A DNA stretch of 32,968 nt from Alphaproteobacteria bacterium (GTDB taxonomy: Bacteria; Pseudomonadota; Alphaproteobacteria; UBA2966; CAIVPW01): NCBI GenBank assembly GCA_047517625.1, contig JAKZSO010000099.1, positions 1 to 32,968 on the forward strand. The letters are read 5' to 3'. Positions within the stretch are counted from its first letter, which is position 1; every line of letters starts with the position of its first letter. The translations under genes were made by a program, and so were the position numbers. This document shows, piece by piece, positions 1 to 12,921 of this stretch. The notes beneath the pieces are model-generated. The model saw only the letters and a program-made list of their open reading frames with translations. It was not told the DNA's origin and searched no databases.

Positions 1-369
1 GTCCATAACGCTGACCAAATGACCTTCGCCGGCATCGAGCAGGCGATCAAATCCTTGGCCGCTAAGGGCAGGGCCGGATCGCTTTCGCTGGGTGATATCG
101 AGGGCGGCACATTCACGATCACCAATGGCGGCGTGTACGGGTCCATGTTGTCGACGCCGATACTGAATTCCCCCCAGTCGGGAATTTTGGGCATGCACAA
201 TATCCAGCCCCGGCCCATGGCGGTGGGTGATGGCATCGAAGTGCGGCCGATGATGTACCTCGCCCTGTCCTATGATCACCGCATCGTCGATGGCCAAGGC
301 GCCGTGACCTTCCTTGTGCGGATCAAAGAATGCGTCGAAGACCCCCAGCGCATGTTGTTGGACCTCTAA
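1..369 (+). CDS. sucB: Dihydrolipoamide succinyltransferase (2-oxoglutarate dehydrogenase E2), C-terminal part; 5' end outside window
   Basis: Frame open from base 1. Motifs [26 protein letters not shown] and catalytic [12 protein letters not shown]; directly upstream of lpdA. Confidence 0.96.
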   Translation, partial: VHNADQMTFAGIEQAIKSLAAKGRAGSLSLGDIEGGTFTITNGGVYGSMLSTPILNSPQSGILGMHNIQPRPMAVGDGIEVRPMMYLALSYDHRIVDGQGAVTFLVRIKECVEDPQRMLLDL

Positions 370-1776
370 GTGCCAAGTTTTGATGTGGTGATTATCGGCG
401 GCGGGCCGGGCGGTTACGTTGCCGCCATTCGCGCCGCCCAGCTGGGCATGTCGGTGGGGGTCGTGGAATCCCGGGAACGGCTGGGCGGCACTTGCTTGAA
501 CGTGGGTTGCATCCCGTCCAAGGCGCTTTTGCAGTCGTCGCACCTGTACGCCGAGGCTGACCACGAATTCGCTGGCCATGGGATCAAGACCACTGGCCTT
601 GCCGTTGATCTGAAAGCCATGCTGACGCGCAAGGATTCGGTGGTCGAGCAACTGACCAGCGGCGTTGGTTTTCTGTTCAAGAAAAACAAGATCACCCACA
701 TCAAGGGTTTCGGCAGTATCCCAAAAACCGGCACTGTTTTGGTCAAACCGGCGGACGGCGGTGAAGATCAGACCTTGACCGTCGGCAAAATCATCGTCGC
801 CACCGGGTCCGAAGTCACGCAGCTGCCGGGGATCAAAATCGATGAAAAACGCATCGTTTCTTCCACCGGCGCTTTGTCGCTGGCCAAGGTACCCAAGCAT
901 CTGGTGGTGATCGGTGGCGGCTTCATCGGCCTGGAATTGGGCTCGGTTTGGTCGCGATTGGGGTCAGAGGTAACCGTCGTCGAATTTCTCGACCACATTA
1001 CCCCAAGCATGGATGACGAAGTCAGCAAGCACCTGATGGGCTCCCTAAAAAAGCAGGGCCTGAAATTCAGAATGTCCTCCAAGGTCACCGGTGCCAAATC
1101 CACCAAGACCGGGGTCGTGCTGACCCTTGAGGCCGCGGCCGGGGGCAAATCGGAAGAACTCAAAGCCGATGTGGTTTTGGTATCCGTGGGCCGAACTCCG
1201 GCCACCGATGGCCTGGGCCTGGACAAGCTCGGGGTCAACATCGACAAGCGCGGATTTGTTCAGGTGGACAATACGTTTGCCACGAATGTTACGGGCATCC
1301 ATGCCATTGGTGACTGCATTCCCGGGCCAATGCTGGCGCATAAGGCATCCGAGGATGGCGTCGCCTGTGTCGAAATGATGGCCGGGCACCACGCGGAAGT
1401 GGACTACAACACCGTCCCCGGCGTGGCCTATACTTGGCCCGAGGCGGCATCCGTTGGGGCGACCGAACAGGCACTGAAAGCCGACGGTGTCGACTTTGCG
1501 GTGGGAAAGTTTCCCTTCTCGGCGAACGCCCGGGCCAAATCGAACGGCTTCACCGAAGGTTTTGTGAAAATCCTGGCCGACAAGGCCACCGACCGAGTTC
1601 TGGGCGTTCACATTTTGGGGGCCGAGGCCGGAACACTGATCCACGAGGCGGTTTTGGCCATGGAGTTCGGCGGCTCGGCCGAGGACATCGCCCGCACCTG
1701 CCACGCCCACCCAACCCTGGCCGAGTCCATGAAAGAAGCGGCCTTAGATGCCGCTGGCCACGTCATTCACATGTAG
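370..1776 (+). CDS. lpdA: Dihydrolipoamide dehydrogenase (E3)
   Basis: GTG start directly after the sucB TAA. FAD motif GGGPGG, redox disulfide GGTCLNVGCIPSK, NAD motif GGGFIG, C-terminal HAHPTLAE. Confidence 0.98.
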   Translation: MPSFDVVIIGGGPGGYVAAIRAAQLGMSVGVVESRERLGGTCLNVGCIPSKALLQSSHLYAEADHEFAGHGIKTTGLAVDLKAMLTRKDSVVEQLTSGVGFLFKKNKITHIKGFGSIPKTGTVLVKPADGGEDQTLTVGKIIVATGSEVTQLPGIKIDEKRIVSSTGALSLAKVPKHLVVIGGGFIGLELGSVWSRLGSEVTVVEFLDHITPSMDDEVSKHLMGSLKKQGLKFRMSSKVTGAKSTKTGVVLTLEAAAGGKSEELKADVVLVSVGRTPATDGLGLDKLGVNIDKRGFVQVDNTFATNVTGIHAIGDCIPGPMLAHKASEDGVACVEMMAGHHAEVDYNTVPGVAYTWPEAASVGATEQALKADGVDFAVGKFPFSANARAKSNGFTEGFVKILADKATDRVLGVHILGAEAGTLIHEAVLAMEFGGSAEDIARTCHAHPTLAESMKEAALDAAGHVIHM

Positions 1777-1783
1777 AGCAGAT

Positions 1784-1807
1784 CGTGGTCGTTACTTTTC
1801 GACCACG
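1784..1807. terminator. Hairpin between convergent lpdA and xerC; possible terminator or 3' stabiliser
   Basis: Perfect 8-bp stem CGTGGTCG/CGACCACG with an 8-nt loop in the 49-nt gap; no strong U-tract. Confidence 0.5.
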
Positions 1808-1825
1808 TGAAACTGATCGGCAAAT

Positions 1826-2779
1826 TTAAGAAGCCCGCGCGCGGGGGTGGGCCTTGTCGTAGACCTCCATCAAGCGGGCGCCGTCGACTTCGGTGTAGCG
1901 CTGGGTAGTGGATAGCGTTGCGTGCCCCAACAGCTCTTGGATCGTTCGCAGATCGCCACCGCCGGCAAGCAAATGCGTGGCGAAGCTATGGCGCAGGGCG
2001 TGAGGGGTGGCGGTGTCGGGCAGCCCCAAAACCCGGCGCGCGGATCGCATCTTGGCCTGGATCACTCCGGCATTCAGGCGCTTGCCTCTGACCCCCACGA
2101 ACAACGGGCTGGCGGGCTCCAGGCCGAACGGGACCTGGGCCAAATAGGCGTCCACCGCCTGGTGAACGACCGCCAACACCGGCACCATGCGCTGTTTGTT
2201 GCCCTTGCCGGTGATGACCAAGGTTCGGCCCAAGGGTACATCGTCGCGATTGAGCCCCAAGGCTTCCGAGATGCGCAGGCCGCAGCCATAGGCCAAAAGC
2301 AGCACCGCCGCATCCCGCAATCCCACCCAGGGTTCGGCACCGTTTCCCAACACGCCATCCACCACCGACTTGGCGTCGGCCACGTCCAAGGCCTTCGGCA
2401 CTGAATGGGGTTGTTTGGGCGTGCGGACGGAGGCCAAGGCAGGATTGTGGGCAAGCCCGTGAACGTCGAGATACCGGAAAAACCCGCGCACCACGGATAG
2501 CGCCCGGGCCAGGGAGGTGGCGCCCAGGCCATGTTCACGCCGGGCCGCCATATAGCTGCGGAAGTCAGCGGCACGGAGATCGGACAGGTCCCTAAAACCG
2601 ACAGGGCCGCCCAGATGGGGCCCCAAGAATTCCAAGAATTTGGTCAGGTCGCGCGCGTAGGCGGAAAGGGTGTGGCGGGAAAATCGGCGCTCACCGGCCA
2701 GCCATTCCAGCCACGCAGCCACGGCTTGGCGCAGCGGCTGGTCGGCGGGTAAGTCTTCTATTCGCCCCGCTCCAGCCAT
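1826..2779 (-). CDS. xerC: Tyrosine recombinase XerC
   Basis: All catalytic motifs present: GLRISE, GKGNKQR, HALRHSFATHLL, LGHA, TTQRYT. Downstream of DUF484, the usual xerC context. Confidence 0.95.
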   Translation of the reverse strand: MAGAGRIEDLPADQPLRQAVAAWLEWLAGERRFSRHTLSAYARDLTKFLEFLGPHLGGPVGFRDLSDLRAADFRSYMAARREHGLGATSLARALSVVRGFFRYLDVHGLAHNPALASVRTPKQPHSVPKALDVADAKSVVDGVLGNGAEPWVGLRDAAVLLLAYGCGLRISEALGLNRDDVPLGRTLVITGKGNKQRMVPVLAVVHQAVDAYLAQVPFGLEPASPLFVGVRGKRLNAGVIQAKMRSARRVLGLPDTATPHALRHSFATHLLAGGGDLRTIQELLGHATLSTTQRYTEVDGARLMEVYDKAHPRARAS

Positions 2780-3480
2780 TCCCGCATGCGGTGGCTCAAT
2801 GCCAGGCCCAGGAACGTCAACAGCTCGGTGCCCTGGGTCGGGATAAAACGGGTTTCGCTGCGGCTGCCCATGGCCAACAGGGCGGGGGGGACTTTCTGGC
2901 CTATGTTCAACCGCACCAAGGCATCGGATTTCACCAACGTCGAGGCGCCGCCAAAAACGATGTTGTCGGAATCAATCTCGTCGCGCAGGTTTGCGTCCTG
3001 GCCCCGGCCGATCAAGTCGTCGACCGTGCCGGGTTCAACGACGATGACGCCAGTTGTTGATGCCAGTTTTCCTGGTTCGCTGTCGACGGATTCGACGCAG
3101 ATGGTGACCACGTCCACCTCCAAGATTTCGGCAACTTCAGTGGTGATCACGTCGATCAAGTGATGAAACGTGCTGGGCTCGTACAGCGCCAGCACCGCCG
3201 CGTGAATTCGCGAAAGGCTGGAAAGATTGCTGCGGGTGGCGGCGACAATCTCTCCCTGGCGCTCTTTTAATTGGCCCATCGTGCGCTGCATGCGCTCGAC
3301 CATGAACCGCTGCATATCCAGCACGTTACGGCCCATGCGCTCAGACGGTGGCACCAAAATTTCCACCAGTTCCGGATGGTCGTCCAAAAATGTTGGGTTC
3401 TGGGCAAGGTAGTCCGCTACATCGGAGGCAGAAATTTCCGGCCGCCGGGCGGGGACCGCGTTGTCGAGCTTGGAGGTCAT
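2758..3480 (-). CDS. DUF484 family protein (YigA-like, GAF-like fold)
   Basis: N-terminal VADYLAQNPTFL...HPEL, a coiled segment, and C-terminal LLAMGS...F..QGTELLTFL; overlaps the xerC start. Confidence 0.88.
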   Translation of the reverse strand: MTSKLDNAVPARRPEISASDVADYLAQNPTFLDDHPELVEILVPPSERMGRNVLDMQRFMVERMQRTMGQLKERQGEIVAATRSNLSSLSRIHAAVLALYEPSTFHHLIDVITTEVAEILEVDVVTICVESVDSEPGKLASTTGVIVVEPGTVDDLIGRGQDANLRDEIDSDNIVFGGASTLVKSDALVRLNIGQKVPPALLAMGSRSETRFIPTQGTELLTFLGLALSHRMREWLERGE

Positions 3481-3613
3481 CGCGTCAAGTTACCCAGGGG
3501 CTTAAATTCAAATTGGTCACTCTCGGTATCCGACATTCGTTAATTTTCGCCTACGTCCGACCGCTGCCCCTGTCGCGCTTGTAGCGAATCGCCAGCCATG
3601 CACAGTGTAGACC

Positions 3614-5830
3614 ATGAAAAACGCCCCCGCCACCGCCCCAGCCGCAGTCTCAGAACGTGACTTCGGCGCGGGAGCGACGGTTGGGGTTTTGGTGCCTCTG
3701 CCGTTGGGCGCTCCATACGACTACAGGGTCCCCGCCGACCTGACCGTGCGCCTGGGGGATTTCGTCGTCGTGCCTCTGGGCCCGCGCCAGGTCAATGGCG
3801 TGGTTTGGGCAGGGGGCACGGGTGAAGTCGCCCCAGATCGTCTGCGGGATTTGACCGGTCGCCTGGATGTGCCGCCCATGGCCCCGGCTCAGCGGGAATT
3901 TCTGGCATGGGTTTCGGACTACACCCTGGCAAGCGCGGGGTCGGTCCTGCGCTTGGCCATGAGCGTGCCAGCCGCCTTGGCTCCGCCAAAGCCTCAGACC
4001 GGATATGTTAAAGGCACGGTGGTCCCCAGCCGCATGACCCCGGCCCGCGCCCGGGTGCTGGACGAAGTGGACGGCGCGCCGCCCCGCACTTCAGTCGATT
4101 TGGCCAAGGCCGCGGGGGTCACACCGTCGGTGGTCAAAGGCTTGGCTGATCTGGGTGCACTGGTTCCCGTGCAGATGTTCCATGACACTGGTTTGGGCCA
4201 GCCGAACCCGGACAAAGAAGGCCCTGAGCTTTCCAAAATTCAGGCCGAGGCGGCGGAGCGCCTCATCCACGAAGTCGAAGCGAACAAATTTTCCGTGACG
4301 TTGTTGGACGGGGTCACCGGCTCCGGTAAAACTGAGGTTTATCTGGACGCAGTGGCCCAAGCCCTGCGCCAAGGCAACCAGGCCTTGGTTCTGGTGCCGG
4401 AAATTTCCCTCACCGCGCAATGGTTGGAGCGTTTCCAGCGACGGTTCGGCGCGTCCCCCTCGGAATGGCATTCGGATTTGAACGCCTCAAAGCGCCGGGA
4501 AACCTGGCGGGCGGTGGCGGAAAACAAGGCAAGCGTCGTTGTGGGCGCGCGGTCGGGATTGTTTTTGCCCTATGCCAGTCTGGGCCTGATCGTCGTCGAT
4601 GAAGAACACGACGCCTCGTACAAGCAGGAAGACGGGGTCATTTACAACGCCAGGGATATGGCTGTGGTTCGCGCCCGGGCTGGGGAATTCGCGGCCGTTC
4701 TGGTGTCCGCCACGCCATCGCTGGAGTCCCTGGTGAACACCCAAACCGGGCGCTATGGCCGGGTTCATTTGGTGGATCGTCATGGGCTGGCAGAATTGCC
4801 CGGGATCGAAACAGTGGACATGCGCGCCGACCCCCCGCCCCGGGGTCAATGGCTGTCGCCGGTGGTTACCCGCGCGATCGCCGCGGAATTGGCGGCGGGC
4901 ACCCAGGCCATGGTGTTCTTGAACCGCCGGGGGTATGCGCCGTTGACCTTGTGCCGGAACTGTGGCCACCGCATGGAGTGCCCCAACTGCTCGGCCTGGC
5001 TGGTTGAACACCGCCACACCGGCCATCTGGAGTGCCACCACTGCGGCCACCGCGTTCGTCAACCGGATTCGTGCCCGGAATGCGGCGCCGTCGATTCCCT
5101 CGCCGCCTGTGGCCCTGGGGTTGAACGGGTGGCGGAAGAACTGGCGGGGTTGTTCCCCGAGGCTCGCACCGCGGTAATGGCCAGCGATACCGTCACCGGC
5201 CCAGCGGCGGCGGCCGAATTGGTCCAGGCCATGGCCAACCACGAATTCGACATATTGATTGGCACCCAGATCATCGCCAAGGGCCACCATTTTCCTCTAC
5301 TGACCGTGGTCGTCGTTGTCGATGCGGACTTGGGCCTGTCGGGCGGCGATCTGCGCGCCACCGAGCGAACGTATCAGCTGCTAAGCCAAGTGGCGGGCCG
5401 GGCGGGGCGAGAGGAGCGACCCGGCCGGGCGTTTCTGCAAACCTATCACCCGGACTATCCGGTGATGGCGGCTTTGATCTCCGGCGACCGGGACGCTTTC
5501 TTGGTGCGCGAAGCCGAGGACCGCCGATCGCAATCATTGCCGCCGTTTGGCCGGTTGGTGGCCCTGATCGTTTCTGGACCCAACCCGGGGGTGGTCGAAG
5601 CGTTCGCCCGCAACGTGGCCAGAGCGGCACCGGCACAAAAAGATGTGCGCGTGCTGGGACCGGCCCCGGCGCCCCTTTCCATGTTGCGTGGCCGCCACCG
5701 ACACCGGCTGTTGTTGAAAGCGAAACGCGGGGTCAACGTTCAGTCTTATGTGCGGCGGTGGCTGGGTGCCGTGACCACCCCGTCCAGTGTACGCCTGCAA
5801 GTTGACGTGGACCCGTACAGCTTTCTGTAG
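3614..5830 (+). CDS. priA: Primosomal protein N' (replication restart helicase)
   Basis: Walker A GVTGSGKT, DEEH, four CxxC zinc pairs, QVAGRAGR, C-terminal VDVDPYSFL. Confidence 0.98.
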   Translation: MKNAPATAPAAVSERDFGAGATVGVLVPLPLGAPYDYRVPADLTVRLGDFVVVPLGPRQVNGVVWAGGTGEVAPDRLRDLTGRLDVPPMAPAQREFLAWVSDYTLASAGSVLRLAMSVPAALAPPKPQTGYVKGTVVPSRMTPARARVLDEVDGAPPRTSVDLAKAAGVTPSVVKGLADLGALVPVQMFHDTGLGQPNPDKEGPELSKIQAEAAERLIHEVEANKFSVTLLDGVTGSGKTEVYLDAVAQALRQGNQALVLVPEISLTAQWLERFQRRFGASPSEWHSDLNASKRRETWRAVAENKASVVVGARSGLFLPYASLGLIVVDEEHDASYKQEDGVIYNARDMAVVRARAGEFAAVLVSATPSLESLVNTQTGRYGRVHLVDRHGLAELPGIETVDMRADPPPRGQWLSPVVTRAIAAELAAGTQAMVFLNRRGYAPLTLCRNCGHRMECPNCSAWLVEHRHTGHLECHHCGHRVRQPDSCPECGAVDSLAACGPGVERVAEELAGLFPEARTAVMASDTVTGPAAAAELVQAMANHEFDILIGTQIIAKGHHFPLLTVVVVVDADLGLSGGDLRATERTYQLLSQVAGRAGREERPGRAFLQTYHPDYPVMAALISGDRDAFLVREAEDRRSQSLPPFGRLVALIVSGPNPGVVEAFARNVARAAPAQKDVRVLGPAPAPLSMLRGRHRHRLLLKAKRGVNVQSYVRRWLGAVTTPSSVRLQVDVDPYSFL

Positions 5831-5842
5831 CGGCGAATACAC

Positions 5843-5869
5843 GCAGCCAACCCCGCCGGGTTTGGTTGC
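5843..5869 (+). terminator. Hairpin just downstream of priA
   Basis: GCAGCCAA...TTGGTTGC stem with inner CCC/GGG pairs, 12 nt after the priA stop; short T tail only. Confidence 0.4.
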
Positions 5870-5903
5870 TTCGGTTAGGGGAGTGTGATAGGGATTTCCC
5901 TGC

Positions 5904-5953
5904 TCAGACGGCGGCTCCTCCCGTAGCGCCGTGTCTGATTTTGTTGTTGTGTT
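5904..5953 (+). terminator. Terminator-like hairpin with U-rich tail upstream of atpH
   Basis: TCAGAC(5904-5909)/GTCTGA(5933-5938) outer stem with inner GC-rich pairing, followed by TTTTGTTGTTGTGTT. Confidence 0.45.
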
Positions 5954-6000
5954 GCAATATGTTACCGGCTCTTCAAGAGGGCTAGGCAGGGCATTTTCAA

Positions 6001-8090
<2,090 letters not shown>

Positions 8091-8117
8091 AGCCAACGCG
8101 GGCTGGAGGCATCTGGA

Positions 8118-8999
8118 GTGGCTAATCTCAAATTTCTCAAGGACCGCATTGCCAGCGTTGCCTCGACCCAAAAGATCACGTCGGCGATGAAAATGGTCGC
8201 CGCGTCAAAGCTACGCCGCGCCCAAGAACAAGCCGAAGCCGCGCGGCCTTTTTCAGAACGCATGTCCCAAGTGATGGCATCGGTCGCGGGCGGCATGGCC
8301 AAATCCGATGACATGCCGAAACTGCTGGCGGGTACCGGCAAAGACGGTACGTATTTGATCGTGCTGGCCACATCCGAGCGCGGACTGTGCGGCGGCTTCA
8401 ACGCCAATCTGGTGCGGGCGGCCCGGCGCAAAATCCAAGATCTGAAAACCGCCGGCAAAAATGCGTCGGTACTGTGCATTGGCAAAAATGGCCGGGACAT
8501 GCTGGGCCGGGATTTCAGCGGCCTTATCATCGACACCATCGACATGTCGGCGATCCGCCGCCTCGCGTTTTCCGACGCCTCGCCCATTGCCGAGCGCATC
8601 ATGACCATGTTCGATAACGGCGATTTTGATGTGTGTTTGATGTTCTTCAGCCACTTCAAATCGGTAATGGAGCAAATTGTCACCGAGCATCAGTTGATCC
8701 CGGTCGCTGTGCCAGACGACGCGGCCGCGGTCCTGGAAGACGGTGGATCGTACGATGCCGAGCCCGGCGAAATGGAAATTCTGGCTGAATTGCTGCCGCG
8801 CAACCTGGCGATCCAGGTTTTCCACGGTTTGTTGGAAAACGCGGCCAGCGAGCAGGGCGCGCGAATGACGGCGATGGACAGCGCCACCCGCAATGCCGGA
8901 GACATGATCGACCGGCTAACACTGACATACAATCGCGCCCGCCAGGCCGCGATTACGACGGAATTGATCGAAATTATCGCGGGCGCCGAGGCTGTTTAG
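8118..8999 (+). CDS. atpG: ATP synthase F1 subunit gamma
   Basis: KITSAMKMVAASKL, RGLCGGFN, ASEQGARMTAMD, RQAAITTELIEI. GTG start after GGAG. Confidence 0.99.
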   Translation: MANLKFLKDRIASVASTQKITSAMKMVAASKLRRAQEQAEAARPFSERMSQVMASVAGGMAKSDDMPKLLAGTGKDGTYLIVLATSERGLCGGFNANLVRAARRKIQDLKTAGKNASVLCIGKNGRDMLGRDFSGLIIDTIDMSAIRRLAFSDASPIAERIMTMFDNGDFDVCLMFFSHFKSVMEQIVTEHQLIPVAVPDDAAAVLEDGGSYDAEPGEMEILAELLPRNLAIQVFHGLLENAASEQGARMTAMDSATRNAGDMIDRLTLTYNRARQAAITTELIEIIAGAEAV

Positions 9000-10466
<1,467 letters not shown>

Positions 10467-10472
10467 GACGCC

Positions 10473-10874
10473 ATGGCCGACAAAGTCGCATACGAATTGG
10501 TTTCGCCGGAACGCCTGTTGCGGTCGGGGGAGGCCGATATGGTGGTGGTGCCGGGGACCGAGGGCGACTTTGGCGTTCTGCCGGGCCACGCGCCGGTGAT
10601 TTCCACCGTACGCCCGGGGGTCCTAGAGATTCACGGCGGCGGCGGCGAAGCCGATCAAATTTTCGTCGCTGGCGGCCTGTGCGAAGTCTCAGAGGATCGT
10701 TGCACCGTGTTAGCCGATGATGCGGTGCCGGTGGCCGAGTTGGACCGGGCCGATCTGGAGCAGCGCTTGAAAAATGCCGAAGAAGACTTGGCCGATGCAA
10801 AGACCGACGAAGCCGCTTACAAAGCCTCGACGGCGGCGGCCTTGCTCAAGGACATGCTGCAAGTCGCACGCTAG
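10473..10874 (+). CDS. atpC: ATP synthase F1 subunit epsilon
   Basis: LVSPER, PGTEGDFGVLPGHAP and helical C-terminus; last gene of the F1 operon. Confidence 0.97.
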   Translation: MADKVAYELVSPERLLRSGEADMVVVPGTEGDFGVLPGHAPVISTVRPGVLEIHGGGGEADQIFVAGGLCEVSEDRCTVLADDAVPVAELDRADLEQRLKNAEEDLADAKTDEAAYKASTAAALLKDMLQVAR

Positions 10875-10883
10875 GGCTGGGTA

Positions 10884-11363
10884 TCAGGGAAAGTGCGGGG
10901 AGAATTCCGCCAGCATATCCACATAAGAGTGGCGCTTGAACCACACCACCCGGTCGACCAAGGATTGGCGGTCCAACCATTGGACTTCGCTGAATTCTCG
11001 TTCGTGGACATCCAAATCGAAATCGTCATCGGTTCCAGTAAACCGCATTAGGAACCAAATTTGGGTTTGCCCGCGAAATTGGCCGCCCCACAGTTTGGGG
11101 ATCAGGTCATTCGGAAAATCATAACTTAGCCATTGGGACGTCCGGGCGATCATTTCGGCTTTTGCGGTGCCAACCTCTTCCCACAGCTCCCGCCAGGCAG
11201 CGGTCTCCGGCTCCTCGCCATCATCGATCCCGCCCTGGGGCATTTGCCAGGCGGCGGACGGCATATCGATACGCTTGCCCGCCAAAATGCGGAAATCGGC
11301 ATTGACCAGCATGATGCCGACCCCGGGGCGGTAAACCAGGTCCTCCCGGTTCAGTTCTGCCAC
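10884..11363 (-). CDS. rppH: RNA pyrophosphohydrolase (Nudix)
   Basis: YRPGVGIML; Nudix box WQMPQGGIDDGEEPETAAWRELWEEVG; GQTQIWF. Confidence 0.95.
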   Translation of the reverse strand: MAELNREDLVYRPGVGIMLVNADFRILAGKRIDMPSAAWQMPQGGIDDGEEPETAAWRELWEEVGTAKAEMIARTSQWLSYDFPNDLIPKLWGGQFRGQTQIWFLMRFTGTDDDFDLDVHEREFSEVQWLDRQSLVDRVVWFKRHSYVDMLAEFSPHFP

Positions 11364-11366
11364 GCG

Positions 11367-12857
11367 CTAGTGGCCGCCGCCGGCTGCTGCTTCCTCCGCC
11401 GGATCTCCGCCGCCGGCCACCGCCGAGATCGGCACCAAGGCAATCTCCCGTTCGCTAAGGGTGGCGATCCATTCGGACACCCGTTCGATGGTCACGGGGT
11501 AGGGGAATCCGATGCCCACGGCGGCGCCGGTGGATTCGGCGATGCGTTCCAATTCAAAAAGTCTGGCATCGATGCCGACCCGGGACGCTTGGGCATCCAG
11601 GAACCGGTTGTTGACCACATGGGGCATCCGCATTTCCCCGGCCAATTGTCCGGCGATGCTGTCGGTGGTTTCCATTGCGTCCAAGAACATCAACCCGCGC
11701 GCCTGGATGTCCTCCAGGATCGGGAACATCGCCTCTGGCGAGGTTGTCATTTTCGATCCCATGTAGTTCGTGACCCCCACATACCCGGTAAATCGGCTGA
11801 GCAGCCAATGCAGCCGTTCAATATTTTCGGCCGCCTCGGCTTCGGTCATCAAGGTGTGGGGGCCGGGGTCGTTGGCTGGAAAATCCAAGGGCTCCATGGG
11901 CAATTGCAGCACCACTTCGTGGCCAGCGGCCCGGGCCTGGGCAATCCATTCGGACAAGCTGGGGGCATATGGAACAAATGCCAGGGTCACGGCGCCGGGA
12001 AGCTGTTGAATGGCGGCGGTGGTTGCGGCTGCGGACATCCCCAGGCCACCGATGACGATGGCAATTTTTGGGATGTCTTCGTCCAGTTCGACCGGCCGCG
12101 CATAGACGTGCCAGGGTTGGCGGCCGTCTTCGCCGATCACCGGCAAAAGGCCCACCTGGCCTTGCAGAATCAGACCGGGATCCGGGGCCGGGGCCAAAGC
12201 CTCTGCCGGGTCGGGGACAAAGGGTTCTGGCTCAGGTTCTGGCTCAGGCGCGGGAGGTGGCGGTGGCGGCGGTTCGGGTGGTGCCGGCTCTGGGGCGGGT
12301 TCAGGTTCCGGGGCGGCGGGCGGTACGCCAGGGTCCGGTTCTGGCTCCGGACCCGGTGCTACCTCGCCCAAATCCGCAACAACCGCCTCCTCGGGCGGAG
12401 CGCCTCCTGGTGCCTCCACCGGCGCTTGGGCCGGCTCAGCCGCCGCAACTTCGACCGGGGCGGGTTGCTCGGGCGGGGGTACGGTGGCGTATTTTCCGAT
12501 GGGGCCGGTGGCTTCTTCGTACGCCGCCTCGTCGAAACTGATCACCAGCCAGGTGACAAGACCGACAACCGCCAAAAAAACCACGGCGGAAGTCAGCAGC
12601 AGGGGATTTAAGTAGATCGGCCGCGGGCGTTCGTCTTCTTCGTCGGCCTCGAAGGTTTCGTCGCTGTCATCGAAGTCGAAATTGTCCTCGCCGCCGCCGT
12701 CATCGAAATCAAAGCCGTCGTCATCGCCCTCGCCCGAGCCGCTGGTATCTAGCTTGGCGGCGTCATCGTCGCCGTCAAAGGGATCCTTCCCGCCGAAGTC
12801 CTCGTCCGCCAGGTCGTCTTCGTTTTCAAGGTCGTCGTCGTCGGCTACAGGTGCCAT
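11367..12857 (-). CDS. Divergent polysaccharide deacetylase family protein (DUF610/YibQ-like) with acidic N-terminal tail, one TM helix and Pro-rich linker
   Basis: C-terminal domain motifs IAIVIGGLG, LQLPMEP, DPGPHTL, TNYMGS, FLDA, GFPYPVT; TM segment LLLTSAVVFLAVVGLVTWLVI; located between ctpA genes and rppH. Confidence 0.9.
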   Translation of the reverse strand: MAPVADDDDLENEDDLADEDFGGKDPFDGDDDAAKLDTSGSGEGDDDGFDFDDGGGEDNFDFDDSDETFEADEEDERPRPIYLNPLLLTSAVVFLAVVGLVTWLVISFDEAAYEEATGPIGKYATVPPPEQPAPVEVAAAEPAQAPVEAPGGAPPEEAVVADLGEVAPGPEPEPDPGVPPAAPEPEPAPEPAPPEPPPPPPPAPEPEPEPEPFVPDPAEALAPAPDPGLILQGQVGLLPVIGEDGRQPWHVYARPVELDEDIPKIAIVIGGLGMSAAATTAAIQQLPGAVTLAFVPYAPSLSEWIAQARAAGHEVVLQLPMEPLDFPANDPGPHTLMTEAEAAENIERLHWLLSRFTGYVGVTNYMGSKMTTSPEAMFPILEDIQARGLMFLDAMETTDSIAGQLAGEMRMPHVVNNRFLDAQASRVGIDARLFELERIAESTGAAVGIGFPYPVTIERVSEWIATLSEREIALVPISAVAGGGDPAEEAAAGGGH

Positions 12858-12921
12858 CCCCGGCCGGGCTCAACCCTCCCGGCCGCATTGTCGCCCTCGG
12901 CGGTGGTGCGGCCCACGAAAA

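Noticed and set aside
1826-2779. Tyrosine recombinase as a possible phage or island integrase
   Set aside because: Housekeeping XerC in its usual DUF484/lpdA/priA context; I saw no att repeats, tRNA, cargo genes or dif-like site.
11133-12611. 492-aa plus-strand ORF opposite the DUF610 gene
   Set aside because: Antisense shadow of a GC-rich, Pro-rich gene; no recognisable motifs.
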